Source: Naegleria gruberi (lineage: Eukaryota). From it: DNA of 64,000 bases. A model generated the notes under the pieces. It searched no databases and was not told the origin of the DNA. It saw only the letters and a list, made by a program, of their open reading frames with translations. Where the stretch lies: assembly GCA_000004985.1 (NCBI GenBank), contig GG738860.1. One strand, written 5' to 3'. Every line of letters begins with the position of its first letter. Position 1 is the stretch's first letter. A program made the position numbers and the translations under genes. This document shows positions 43,291 through 54,015 of the stretch, piece by piece.

Positions 43291-45741
43291 TTGAACATGG
43301 CCAGAACCAAGCAAACAGCGAGAAAATCGACGGGTGGCAAAGCTCCAAGAAAACAATTGGCTTACAAAGCTAGAAAAGCAAACAGACCTTTCCCTTCCCG
43401 TTCGTTGGCAGGTCCTTTTTCTGATGAGGAAAAAGCAATTTTTGTGAATGGTTTGAAAAGAGCCTTCGATGGAAGTGAAGAATCATCAAAATTTGATGTA
43501 AATACCTATGAAGGAGCTTCACAATTAGTCAAATTTTGGATTTTCCAAGATCAAAAAAGAAGAAAATTGAAACCAATGGTAGAGGAAGCTAAATGGAATG
43601 GCAGCTTTGAATTGCTTCACAATCTTCCTATGGATATCAAGTATGAAATTATTGATTTTATTCCAACCTTTTCCTTGAGAGATTTTTACAAAATCAAGTT
43701 AGACGAATTCACTGAACAGATGAAGCTGGCACAAGTTGAAGATATTTCTAAAATTGTATGCAAAGGACTGAATTTGTTTGAAACCTTTACAAAGAGATCT
43801 TTTCAAAATTTGTACTATTCAGATCCTCTCTATAGAAACTATTACAAGAAGAGACTAATTAACAGAGAATATGCATTAAGAATGAAACAAAGGATATTGA
43901 AGTTGGATGAGTTTGATATTACAGATATTGATTATGATATTGGTTCTGTAAAGAAAGACAAACTATTGCACTTCTTTTCGTTGGTTAAGGAGATGAATGA
44001 AATTGACACTGTTGACTTTAATGATGTGGTCATTCACAGAAATATTGAAAAAATCAAGTCATTGGTAAATGGAACCACCACAAAAAGAAATGAAGATGAT
44101 TACGAGTCACCTTGTGAAGAACCAATGGATGATACTGATTCAATTAGTAATGAGCCTAATGTAACTGTATCATTTGATGAAATGGAGCTACTTTCTGAGG
44201 AAGAAATGAAAAAGTTAGAATCAAAATCTATTGCCATACTGCAGGAATCAGAAAGAGGATATTATAATACTCGTAATTACAATAAGTTTAACAAGCAAGA
44301 TAGTAAATCTTTTAGAAAGCAAGCGATGTATTCGTATGCTATACCATTGGAACTAATAGGAACTGGTGCTATTCCACAAGAACAAAATTTTACTCGTGCC
44401 TTTTCTCACGAAGAGATTATGGAAAGGCTTAAGGAGTTTATTGGAATTAATTCATCCATTAAGAAACTTTCTGTCAGAGGTCTAGATGTCGGCTTTACAA
44501 ACACTGCCATGGACATCTGTAAAGGAATAACAGATCTTTCAATACTTTTATGTGAGTACGTGGATTATTTTGAGTGCTTTAAAGAAGTCCTACCAAATCT
44601 CAACAAGCTGACTATTAATGGAGTTTCTTCTCATTACTCAATTAGTTTTATGGAAAGCTTTATGATTGAGGAATATATTCAACCTAACTGTGTTGTTGAT
44701 TTAGGGTTTGCTACAGGCACTGACACATATTTCTCGGATTTTTTAAATCGTTATGTTGAAGATCAAAACGGTAACAAGACTCCATTGAAAATTACCTCAA
44801 AACTACTCTCAACTGAAAACGTAACCGAATATGCCGACTTTTTATTGAGGTTTATAGAAGGAGTATCTTTCGGCCAATTGTTTTCTGATTTTGATATGAA
44901 AAAGAAATTGGTAGATTACTTGGTAATTGAAGTTGGCATTCCAATTGAATGGCTTACGCTTACCACAAGTGGAGATACTATAATTACAGAATACTTAGCT
45001 TATCTTTCAAATGTTTATCAAAATGGGGCAATTAATTGTCCAAGCTCTATTATGTTACGAGCAGGCTTGATTCCAAATAATATAGCCAATGAATTGGTTT
45101 TTTCTAAATATGAATGGGATGTTGTTGAGTTATGTTTAGATTATTTAAAAAAGAGAGATGATATTGATGACTTTGTTTTGACCCTTAGAAATTTGCTCGT
45201 TTTCTATGTGTGTGATAGAAGTGATTCTCCACTCTTTGAACTATATTGTTACATTAAGAAGAATATTCCAGAAAGTCAATTCAAAGAAATTTTAAAGCCT
45301 ATCAAATGTATCATTCCAGAAGGCTACAAAGAAAAGAACAATGAAACCTTGCATACAGTTTCTATTCCCATCATTTGCTTCCCATTCTCAAATTACCAAT
45401 TCGCTAAAGCTATCGTGGATGATATGACAGACGAAGATTTGAAATTTGTTAATGAGCTTGGTGACTCATGTCTGCACATTTATTCTAGACATGACCATAG
45501 TATTTGGAGTAGAATAGTTGAAAGAGTACCAGAGGTAGTCAAACTCAGCAACCCTGAGGGAGTAACACCTTTACATATTCATACTACCAATATCCAGTCA
45601 TACATATTTGTATTAGACTTGTTGACAAGATTTGGTGCTGACCCAAATGCAAAAGATATTGAAGGAAGAAAAGCTATTGGTGAATTTTTTATATTTGAGA
45701 ATGGTATTTTGAAAGTTAACAACAGATCAATGGAATATTAG
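43291..45741 (+). CDS. F-box-like / ankyrin-repeat protein (816 aa) whose N-terminus mimics the histone H3 tail
   Basis: Residues 3-29 are [27 protein letters not shown], against H3 [28 protein letters not shown]. The F-box-like motif is [21 protein letters not shown]. The C-terminal ankyrin repeats include ...[11 protein letters not shown]...[20 protein letters not shown]. It is a single uninterrupted ORF. Confidence 0.75.
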   Translation: [816 protein letters not shown]

Positions 45742-45834
45742 TAATTTTTCAACCCAAAAAGAAGCTTCTTATAATAAACTTACCGTAACAATTCTCACGT
45801 TGAATTGGAAAGATTACAAAGTGATAACAATTTA

Positions 45835-48800
45835 TTATACAATAACAGGAGGAAGTCTCTCTCTTGAAATTGGACGAGACAGAGCTCGCTTCTCTGCCTC
45901 ATATTCTTCTATTTTCTCTCTAAGGGATTGAATCTTGTGTCGTTGCATTTCGATTTCCTTCAAAGCTTGTTCTAATGATGTAATACCACCAAGGTCCTTT
46001 AGTTCCAAAGATGATGAAGTTATATCGGTGCTCTTCTTTCCAATCTTGGACTCGAGCTCCTTGTCTTTAAGTTTTTGCTTTAGAGATCTAACTTCCTTTC
46101 TCAGGTCATTAATTTCCTTGATGAGGACAACATTTTCATTCATGATTCTCTTATTATCTGACTTGGAGGTTTCTGTTGCTTTAACAAGCTTCTTCTTGAG
46201 TGATTCGACTGTTTTTTCGAGGTAGGATCTTTGTCTTTCATATTCCTTTTGAATGTCAAAGTCCATTTCTTGAGTAGTAATCTTTTCAGAGACGTAGGTT
46301 TGGTAAAGCTTGGTAACCTCTTCTTTAAGCTCCTTTGGCTCTTGAATTAATTGTGCAACCTTGTAAATATCTGCACGAATTCTCTTCAATAGAGTGTCAT
46401 TATCTTTGACTTTAAAGTTCAGTCTTTGAATTTCCTTGACTCTTCCATCAATCTTGAGTTCGAGATCCTTGATTGAGAGAATTAATCTATCATTCTTCTC
46501 CTTAGCCTTTTCCAATTCTTTTCTCATCTTCTTGGATTGCTTTCTTAAACTGGTAATTTCTTCCTTACTTGGTTTGATTTGTTCTTGGAGAGTTGAAATC
46601 TTGTATTCTAAAACAAATCTGAATTTTTCAAGTTCTTGGTTTTGTCTCTTCAACTTGAAAATTCTCTTTTCCTTGTCAATAATGGTTTCTTCTCTTTCCT
46701 TATTTTCCTCACTCATCTTTTGAATATCCTCTTGATATTGCTTATTGAGATTTTCTGCTCTTTGCTTCTTTTCTTCCAACTTTTCAATAAGTTCTAGTTT
46801 TTGTTTCAAAGTCTTTTGTAAGGCAATAAATCTGTCATTCCACTTGTTAGCTTCACTCTTGGCTTCATTGTAGCTGTCGTTCATCTTTAACAACTTCTTT
46901 TCATACATTTCTTTCAAGATCTTGATTTCCTTATCTTGATCCTCTTCCATTTGATTTTTAATTTCGGAAAATTTCTTGTCCAACTCGACCTTCTCATCTT
47001 GTAATGTAACAATAGATCCATCTTTTCTCTTAATTTCATCTTCATATTCTTCCGTAATATCTGTGAGCTCTCTCATGTGCATTTCCTCCTTATTCTTGGA
47101 ATCATCTAGGATTTGCTTCTTCTCCTTCTCTCTGTCTCTGTTGAGTTCGGAAATTTGTTCAAGAGAATTGTGCAATCTCTCGTTAAAGTCTTGTTCCAGA
47201 GCTTTGATTTTTTCTCTGTGTTTTTCTATCAACTCATCGATTTTCTTCTCGTACTCATCTGTTACACTTTTCTTCTCTTGCAAAATACTTTGAATTTCCT
47301 CTTGTTTCTTTGTAAGTTCAAGATTGAAGCTTTTTGCTTGTTCTCTGAGAGCATTATTGAATTCAATTTCCTTTTTCTTTTGCTCGTATTCATTGTCTGA
47401 CTTTAATTCTGCAACTTTTGCTTGAAGCTCAGCAATTGTGGTATTCTTTTCTTCCCATTCTGCTCCTGAAATCAAAATTTCTTCCGAATATTTTGTTTCC
47501 TTCTTAGTTTTACCTCCATCTCTGTCTCTTATTTCCACAATACCCAGCATACCATCTTCACCTGAACTGAATAAGAAAGAATCATCCCAAGCTTTAGAAA
47601 TTCTTGTCACAGGACCTGAGTGCAAGTATAGTTTGTCTTCTATATACTCCAGATTTGGAAATGAATGCACAGTAATAGCACCAGTCTCTAGACCACCAAA
47701 TATCATCTTTAATCCTTCAGAGTACTCCATACAAACCAATGTATTATCTCCCAAATCATATTCTGTTTGTGGATTACCTTCACTGAAGCCCTTAATCTTG
47801 TTATCTGATCCAGTAACAAAAATACTCTTTCCGTCTGTGGCGACAGATGTGTATCCAACATTCTTATTAGTATGGTGAATGGTTCTCTTCTCAGTTTTTA
47901 CAACATATTCGTACACAGCACCATCCATACCAACACTCAGTACTCTAGTATCATCATCAGTCCATTGAAGAGCTCTGATTTTACCATTGTGGCCCCTGAG
48001 GGCAGATATTAATTGGAGAGTGTAGGTATTGTAAACGTTGATTACGTTACCGTGAGCTGCTGCAAAGTAATGACCACCATTACTGAACTTTACCTCACCA
48101 CAATTTCTTACCAAGAAAGATTTCTGCTCTCTAATATCATCTCCCAAAATATCCATAAATCTCAGTTTATCTTGGAAACCAACAACCAAGTGCAAACCAC
48201 TAGGGTGAATTGCTATTGAGTAGGCCTCGGCTGGGAATTGTTTTACAATATTCAGTGTATTATCCAAGTAGTTCCATACTCTGACAGTCTTATCTGTACT
48301 GCAGGTCGCAATAATTGGCTTTCTAATAGCAGTATCCATTCCCGTTATGGCCTTTGAGTGGAATGGAATTGTGAGATATTCAAATTTAATGTCATCTTCC
48401 TTTTGTAAAATATCAGAACTACTGATATTCAAAGTAAATATTTGAGCTGAACTTGTTGAAAGGACCAAGTTTTCATTTGAAGGACTCAAATTAAAATTGA
48501 GAATTTTGTGATCGAGATAGGTTTCGCTCAGTTCCTTATATTGAGTGCTATTCATAACTCGTAAAGTCTTTGATCTTGAATACATTTCCTTTTCATCGGC
48601 CGATTTTTCAAATATTGAAACAACTCCATTCTCACCTCCACATACAAACCCAGTTCCATAAGGAATGAGTGCTGTTATACTAAGTCCATCTGATGGAGAT
48701 GAGGGTAAAATAAATTTAAATTCATTCTTTTCAACGAAAAATAAATCTCCGTTAGCATTTGAAACAACTAACTTCTCTTCATCTAACCAGGTATGAGACA

Positions 48801-49467
48801 GATAAGGCTCATGATCTCTTTTGCCAATACCGTCTGTCACAACTTTGAGTTTTTCTCTATCATCTAGGGTTAATAATTTAAATACACCATTACCAGTAAC
48901 ACAAATAGTTTTGCTATCTGGACTAATTGAACATTGAAAGACTGGATCTCCATCCACTGAAGATGTACAAATCGTATCAACTATCCTAGTTTTACCTTCC
49001 ATAGACCACAAAACTAAATTATATTCTGGACCTCCTCCTTGGGCTACCAAATATTTACCATCCAATGAGAAAGCCATACAAACAAATTCATGAGATCCAA
49101 CACCTGGATGAGAAATCGTCTTTTTGACTGTGTATGTTGTTGTTTCATAGAGTTTAATAAGAGGTGGGTTTTTTTTGAGGTCAGTGATCTTTACAGTTGA
49201 TGAAAGTGGTTTTGTTTTTTCTGCAACAGCCAAATATTTTCTATTAGGTGCTAGACAAAGAGCTGATATTCCTTCCGTATTATCGGACCCTGTTTTAATC
49301 TTCCTCACTCCATTTGTTTGATGAAAAACTAGGCATCTACCTGAAGGGTAAACGACACATGTATCGTTGACATTATCTCTAATGTACCAGATATTATTTT
49401 TTACCTTTGCATTAAGACCAAACACATTTTTAAGTGAGAGGATGTGGTTTTGAAATGGTTCAGTCAT
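45835..49467 (-). CDS. WD40-repeat (N-terminal ~650 aa, likely double propeller) plus long coiled-coil (C-terminal ~550 aa) protein, with a CFAP57/WDR65-like architecture
   Basis: Multiple WD-like blades (…GHNGKIRALQWTDDDTRVLSVGMDGAVYEY…, …ATCSTDKTVRVWNY…). The C-terminal half is continuous E/K/L/Q heptads. Single 1210-aa ORF. Confidence 0.5.
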   Translation of the reverse strand: MTEPFQNHILSLKNVFGLNAKVKNNIWYIRDNVNDTCVVYPSGRCLVFHQTNGVRKIKTGSDNTEGISALCLAPNRKYLAVAEKTKPLSSTVKITDLKKNPPLIKLYETTTYTVKKTISHPGVGSHEFVCMAFSLDGKYLVAQGGGPEYNLVLWSMEGKTRIVDTICTSSVDGDPVFQCSISPDSKTICVTGNGVFKLLTLDDREKLKVVTDGIGKRDHEPYLSHTWLDEEKLVVSNANGDLFFVEKNEFKFILPSSPSDGLSITALIPYGTGFVCGGENGVVSIFEKSADEKEMYSRSKTLRVMNSTQYKELSETYLDHKILNFNLSPSNENLVLSTSSAQIFTLNISSSDILQKEDDIKFEYLTIPFHSKAITGMDTAIRKPIIATCSTDKTVRVWNYLDNTLNIVKQFPAEAYSIAIHPSGLHLVVGFQDKLRFMDILGDDIREQKSFLVRNCGEVKFSNGGHYFAAAHGNVINVYNTYTLQLISALRGHNGKIRALQWTDDDTRVLSVGMDGAVYEYVVKTEKRTIHHTNKNVGYTSVATDGKSIFVTGSDNKIKGFSEGNPQTEYDLGDNTLVCMEYSEGLKMIFGGLETGAITVHSFPNLEYIEDKLYLHSGPVTRISKAWDDSFLFSSGEDGMLGIVEIRDRDGGKTKKETKYSEEILISGAEWEEKNTTIAELQAKVAELKSDNEYEQKKKEIEFNNALREQAKSFNLELTKKQEEIQSILQEKKSVTDEYEKKIDELIEKHREKIKALEQDFNERLHNSLEQISELNRDREKEKKQILDDSKNKEEMHMRELTDITEEYEDEIKRKDGSIVTLQDEKVELDKKFSEIKNQMEEDQDKEIKILKEMYEKKLLKMNDSYNEAKSEANKWNDRFIALQKTLKQKLELIEKLEEKKQRAENLNKQYQEDIQKMSEENKEREETIIDKEKRIFKLKRQNQELEKFRFVLEYKISTLQEQIKPSKEEITSLRKQSKKMRKELEKAKEKNDRLILSIKDLELKIDGRVKEIQRLNFKVKDNDTLLKRIRADIYKVAQLIQEPKELKEEVTKLYQTYVSEKITTQEMDFDIQKEYERQRSYLEKTVESLKKKLVKATETSKSDNKRIMNENVVLIKEINDLRKEVRSLKQKLKDKELESKIGKKSTDITSSSLELKDLGGITSLEQALKEIEMQRHKIQSLREKIEEYEAEKRALSRPISRERLPPVIV

Positions 49468-50049
49468 TTTTTTTGTAGATTATTAGAGAAAAGTTTTGGC
49501 GGGAGTTCTTTAACGGTTGATGGTTTGAGGTTGAAAGATTGTAAGTTGTATCAGTTTCTGATATCACTAAAAAACAAGAAAGTGTTGAATATTACAATGA
49601 AAGTATTTAAATATACTAAAACTGAATATCAAAGTGAACTCGTTACTAACAAAAGTGGTAATGTAGTACCTCAATAGTGATTACAGTTAACTAAGAATTG
49701 GAAATACGTAAACTTGTTTTGATACTTCATCACATTGTTATTATATATAATATAATAAATAGGGATTGAAGTATCGCTCGTTTATGGAAATGTGAAATGG
49801 CACATTTATGTATTTAAACAATGATGCATTCAATTTAGAACGAGCTGCTTGTCAATGCAAATAGAAACCTGAAGCGTTGGTCACTGAATCATCTTCCTTA
49901 TTTCTTGCCAACTCCGTTTTCAGTCTGTTCTGACGCCACCTTCTAAAAGAGCTTGTTAAAAGCAGCTATTCAGGTAGTCACTATTGCAACTTTCAAGAAC
50001 CTTCACCACAGAACTGTGGGCGAAAAAAAACAATATTTAACGTTAAAAA

Positions 50050-52470
50050 ATGGATGCCCGTGTTGCAGTAACGAAAGGTACGTTAAGAGAGAGATGAATT
50101 TAAGAATATTAAGGCCTCTGTTCATACATCATCAATATAATACCATTTTAATATCGGACTTGAATAAATAGATGATTTTGAGTATGGACAAATATTGGGT
50201 GAAGGTGCTTTTGGCCAAGTTCGTTTGTGTGTCCATAAAGCAACAGAACTTCAATACGCAGCTAAAGTATTGAAGAAGGAAAAACTTATTAAGGCCAAAC
50301 AAACGAAATATGTCAAATCAGAGAAGGAAATATTATTGGAGATGGATCATCCTAACATTTCAAAATTGTGTTATACCTTCACTGATGAAAAGAAGTTGTA
50401 CTTTGTGTTGGAACTTATTTCTGGAGGAGAATTATTTGAGTGTATTATAAAGAGCAATGTAGCAAATGATAATAAGGAATTGAAAAAAGTTGCTCAATTT
50501 TACATGGCTCAAATGTTGGAAGCACTGATCTATATTCACAGTCTTAATATTTGTCACAGAGATCTTAAACCCGAAAATCTAATGCTTACAGGATCTGGTA
50601 ATTTAAAATTGGTGGATTTTGGTATTGCAAAGAAAATTGATAGACCAGGTCCGAATACATTCTGGTAAGTTAAAATATGAAAATCTTGAAAATCTTAATT
50701 TCCAATAGTGGTACTGCTGAATATTTGGCGTAAGTTTTCTTATCAACTTGATTATATTGATGATTTCTCAATAGACCCGAAGTTGTCAGTAATAATGAAT
50801 ATGGTATTATGGTAGATTGGTGGTCTTATGGTTGTATTATTTACGAATTATTTTGTGGAAAGAGTCCTTTTTACAGCTCTAGTATGGCTGTAACTTGTCA
50901 AAAGATTGTTGATAGAGACATCTATTGGCCAAAGACAATGCCACCAGATGCCAAGGATTTAATTAATGGACTTCTCACTACAGACCCAGAAAAGAGAATT
51001 GGAGGTCCTGAATTAAGAAAGCATCCATTTTTCAAAGGAATTGATTGGAAGAATTTAAACAAGGCTGACCCACCTCTGGTTCCAGATCTTTTGTTCAATG
51101 ATGAAGATAGAGGTGTTGGTATTAAAATGTCCATGTTTGAACCTAGAGTGGATCAGGAAGACGTCATGATAAATGCTCACGTTTTCAAATCGAGATCAAG
51201 CAGTAAAGGATCAACGCAAGATGCAATCAAGAGAAGCAACTTGCTCAGAAAAATGTACCCTCAATTGTGTGCTCTCCCAGAGAGACCAAGACCAATCAAT
51301 TCAAGAATTATTCAAAACTCTGAAAATGTTCCAAAATCCAATGATAAGGTAGAAGAGGAGGAGGTAGATGATAGGGGTGATACTCAATCGGAATGTACTA
51401 GTGTCAATGAGGTCAGTAAGAAGGTCGTTATGATTCAAAATGCTGTCGGTTTGAAAACTCCTGTTATCAGGATTGCATTTGGAGAAGGTGACAAGATGGC
51501 TTGTAGTAGTAGTTTCCAAGCAAAAACATTTGGAATTGGAATTGACAGTGAATCTAATGTCATTTTCAATGAATATAAGAATTTATCAACTGTATCCACA
51601 TGTAATTACTTGGAATATTCTCCAAATGGTGAAACACTTGCCTTCGACATGCAAAGACATATTGGTTTGTTGGACTTGAAGAATCCAAAGAAAAAACCAA
51701 GACAATTGGTGGGGCATTCCCTTCCAATTACAAAGGTTTCTTGGCATCCAAAGAGCCACATGTTGGCTGCCGGAGGAAGAGATAACCTGGTGTACTTGTG
51801 GAATGTTGACAGCTCCAAACCAAAGCTTGAGGCTCAAATGGATTCACACAAATCATATATTTCAGATCTTCAATTCCATGCAAAAGATCATCTACTTGCC
51901 AGTGGAAGTGGAGATTTCAAAGTTGTATTCTACGACATTCAAAGTCAGAGAATTGTACAAAAGTACAGTTACCATGAAGATGCAATTCTTGGTGTGAGGT
52001 GGAATCCTAAATTCCCTGACATTTTTGTTTCCTGGTCTTTGGATAGAAGACTAATCTTCTCCGACCGCAGAACTTTCAAACCTATTAAGGTTCTAGCTCA
52101 TAATAGACCTGTGATTCATGCTCAATGGTCACCTGATGGATCAATGCTTGCCACCTGCAGCAAAGATTCCATTAGAATTTGGTCCTATCCATCAATTACC
52201 TCCTCTTTCGTCTACACCAATTCTGAAAGTCTTCCTGGTGAACATCTCTCTTTCGAATGTAATAGCAATTATTTGGCAGTATTGAAATGCAGAGATGATA
52301 CCTCTCCTTCAGTCATTGATACCTCTTCCTTTTCTTTTGTTTCTCCAAATCCACATCCTCAAAACTCACACAAACTCCCAATTACTAGTCTGCAATGGAG
52401 TAATAACAGACCATTCCTTGCCACTGGTTCCTATGATAAGTCTGTTATTTTGTGGGGTGTTGATGAATAA
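50050..52470 (+). CDS. PDK1-like AGC-family Ser/Thr protein kinase fused to a C-terminal WD40 beta-propeller, 4 exons (50050-50077, 50172-50664, 50709-50729, 50775-52470)
   Basis: Kinase motifs are GEGAFGQV, AAKVLKK, HRDLKPEN, DFG and NTFCGTAEYLAPE, the last split across a 21-nt micro-exon. The kinase aligns closely to PDK1 (DFxxGxILGEGxF...YF.L....GEL...HRDLKPEN...DFG...F.GTA.Y..PE...D.W..GCIIY.L..G..PF). WD40 repeats follow in the same ORF (…LAAGGRDNLVYLWNV…, …LASGSGDFKVVFYDIQS…, …LATGSYDKSVILWGV…). Confidence 0.8.
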
Positions 52471-52587
52471 ATTTTAAATAATTCAGTGACTTGTTGAATG
52501 GTTTCGGAAGAAGATCCTGTGTATTAAGTTTAGACTTATTTTTTCTAATAATTTACAATGAAATATTTAGTTATTCGAATAGATACC

Positions 52588-53853
52588 TTAGAATACACCA
52601 AATTTATATTGAGGAGGTATTGGAATGTCGTAACCCAATTCCTTCGCAGCTCTGATTGGCCAATATGGATCACCCAAATCCTTTCTTCCAATAAATACTA
52701 AATCAGCTTTTCCTTCTGTCAATATTTGATTGGCTTGTACTGGTTCAGTAATTTTACCAACAGCTGCCACAGGCATTACTTGTCTAACCCTTTCTGCATA
52801 TTTCACTTGATACATTGGAAATGCCATGAGAGCTTGGGATAGTAATCTTGATGAATTACCTCCTGATGAACAGTCAATTATATCAACTCCCAAATCTTTC
52901 AAAATTTCAGCTAACCTCACACTATCCTCAATATCCCAACCATCACTCACATACTCATCACATGATATTCTTACAAATAGAGGCATTGTCTCTGGAATGC
53001 AACTTCTTACTCGACTAACAATTTCAGTTAGAATTCTTATACGATTCTCAAAAGAACCACCAAATTTGTCTTTTCTCTTATTAGATGTTGGTGATAAGAA
53101 GGAATTAATCATATAACCATGAGCTGCATGTATCTCAATCACATCAAAACCAGCCAAGACAGCTCTCTTAGCAGCAGCTACAAAGTCTTCAATCAATTCT
53201 TCCACCTCATCTTCAGTCAACTCTCTCGGAACTCTATGTGATTCATCAAATGCAATTGGAGAAGGTCCAACCACTTCCCATCCTCCTTCTTCATCACTTA
53301 ATGCAGTTCTTCCTAGGGCTTCCCACAATGCACGTGTTGAACCTTTTCTCCCAGAATGAGCCAACTGAATACCAATATGTCCACCTTGTTCATGAGCTAA
53401 ATCCGTAATCTGTTTCAACATTTCCACATGTTCGTCCTTGTAAATTCCCAAACAATGAGGAGTAATTCTTCCAATTTCAGAAACAGCAGATGCCTCCACT
53501 ATAAACAAGCCAGCACCACCTACCACTCTACTGCCAATATGTTGCACATGCCACAGATTAGCAAAACCATCCTTGCTAGAATAGGTACACATTGGAGAAA
53601 CTACAATTCTATTCTTCAAAGTCAATCCTCTAATTGTGTAAGGTTGAAATAACATTGGAGTGTCTGAGGAGGGCATGATTGCCTTTTTGGCTTCTGCCAA
53701 TCCTGTTAGAGCTTGAATAATAACACCAACCCAGTTGACCATGATGACGAAGATGTGAAGAGAATTTTTTCTAATAGTTTTTTCATGCTTGCTGAATATT
53801 TGTTGGACTTGAACAAAAGTGGTGCGAATTAATGCGAAGAACACCCCGTCCAA
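52588..53853 (-). CDS. NADH:flavin oxidoreductase / NADPH dehydrogenase, Old Yellow Enzyme family of the YqjM (bacterial/class III) type. The true start is probably an internal Met (about 53742 or 53664)
   Basis: ...LFQPYTIRGLTLKNRIVVSPMCTYSS... has the C/Y of YqjM-type OYE, against P/T in classical OYE. Other motifs are HSGRKGS and IEIHAAHGYMINSFLSP. The C-terminal region binds the FMN phosphate (GRKDLGDPYW). Confidence 0.8.
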   Translation of the reverse strand: MDGVFFALIRTTFVQVQQIFSKHEKTIRKNSLHIFVIMVNWVGVIIQALTGLAEAKKAIMPSSDTPMLFQPYTIRGLTLKNRIVVSPMCTYSSKDGFANLWHVQHIGSRVVGGAGLFIVEASAVSEIGRITPHCLGIYKDEHVEMLKQITDLAHEQGGHIGIQLAHSGRKGSTRALWEALGRTALSDEEGGWEVVGPSPIAFDESHRVPRELTEDEVEELIEDFVAAAKRAVLAGFDVIEIHAAHGYMINSFLSPTSNKRKDKFGGSFENRIRILTEIVSRVRSCIPETMPLFVRISCDEYVSDGWDIEDSVRLAEILKDLGVDIIDCSSGGNSSRLLSQALMAFPMYQVKYAERVRQVMPVAAVGKITEPVQANQILTEGKADLVFIGRKDLGDPYWPIRAAKELGYDIPIPPQYKFGVF

Positions 53854-54015
53854 TGAATCCGATCCTTAAATTGACAATTTTGTGCATTCTTCAAGCTCAA
53901 TATTTCGTATTTTGTGTTTTACAAATCCTCAAGATGCTAAACAAAGATAATAATATTTGCATTCACCTCTACTTAATAATATGGTGTTGTTGCGATCCTT
54001 TTTTAATAGAAAAAA

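Noticed and set aside
46436-47878. Multiple Ser/Leu/Phe-rich plus-strand ORFs inside the WD40/coiled-coil gene
   Set aside because: They are antisense to the E/K-rich coiled-coil codons. Repetitive composition, with no start context.
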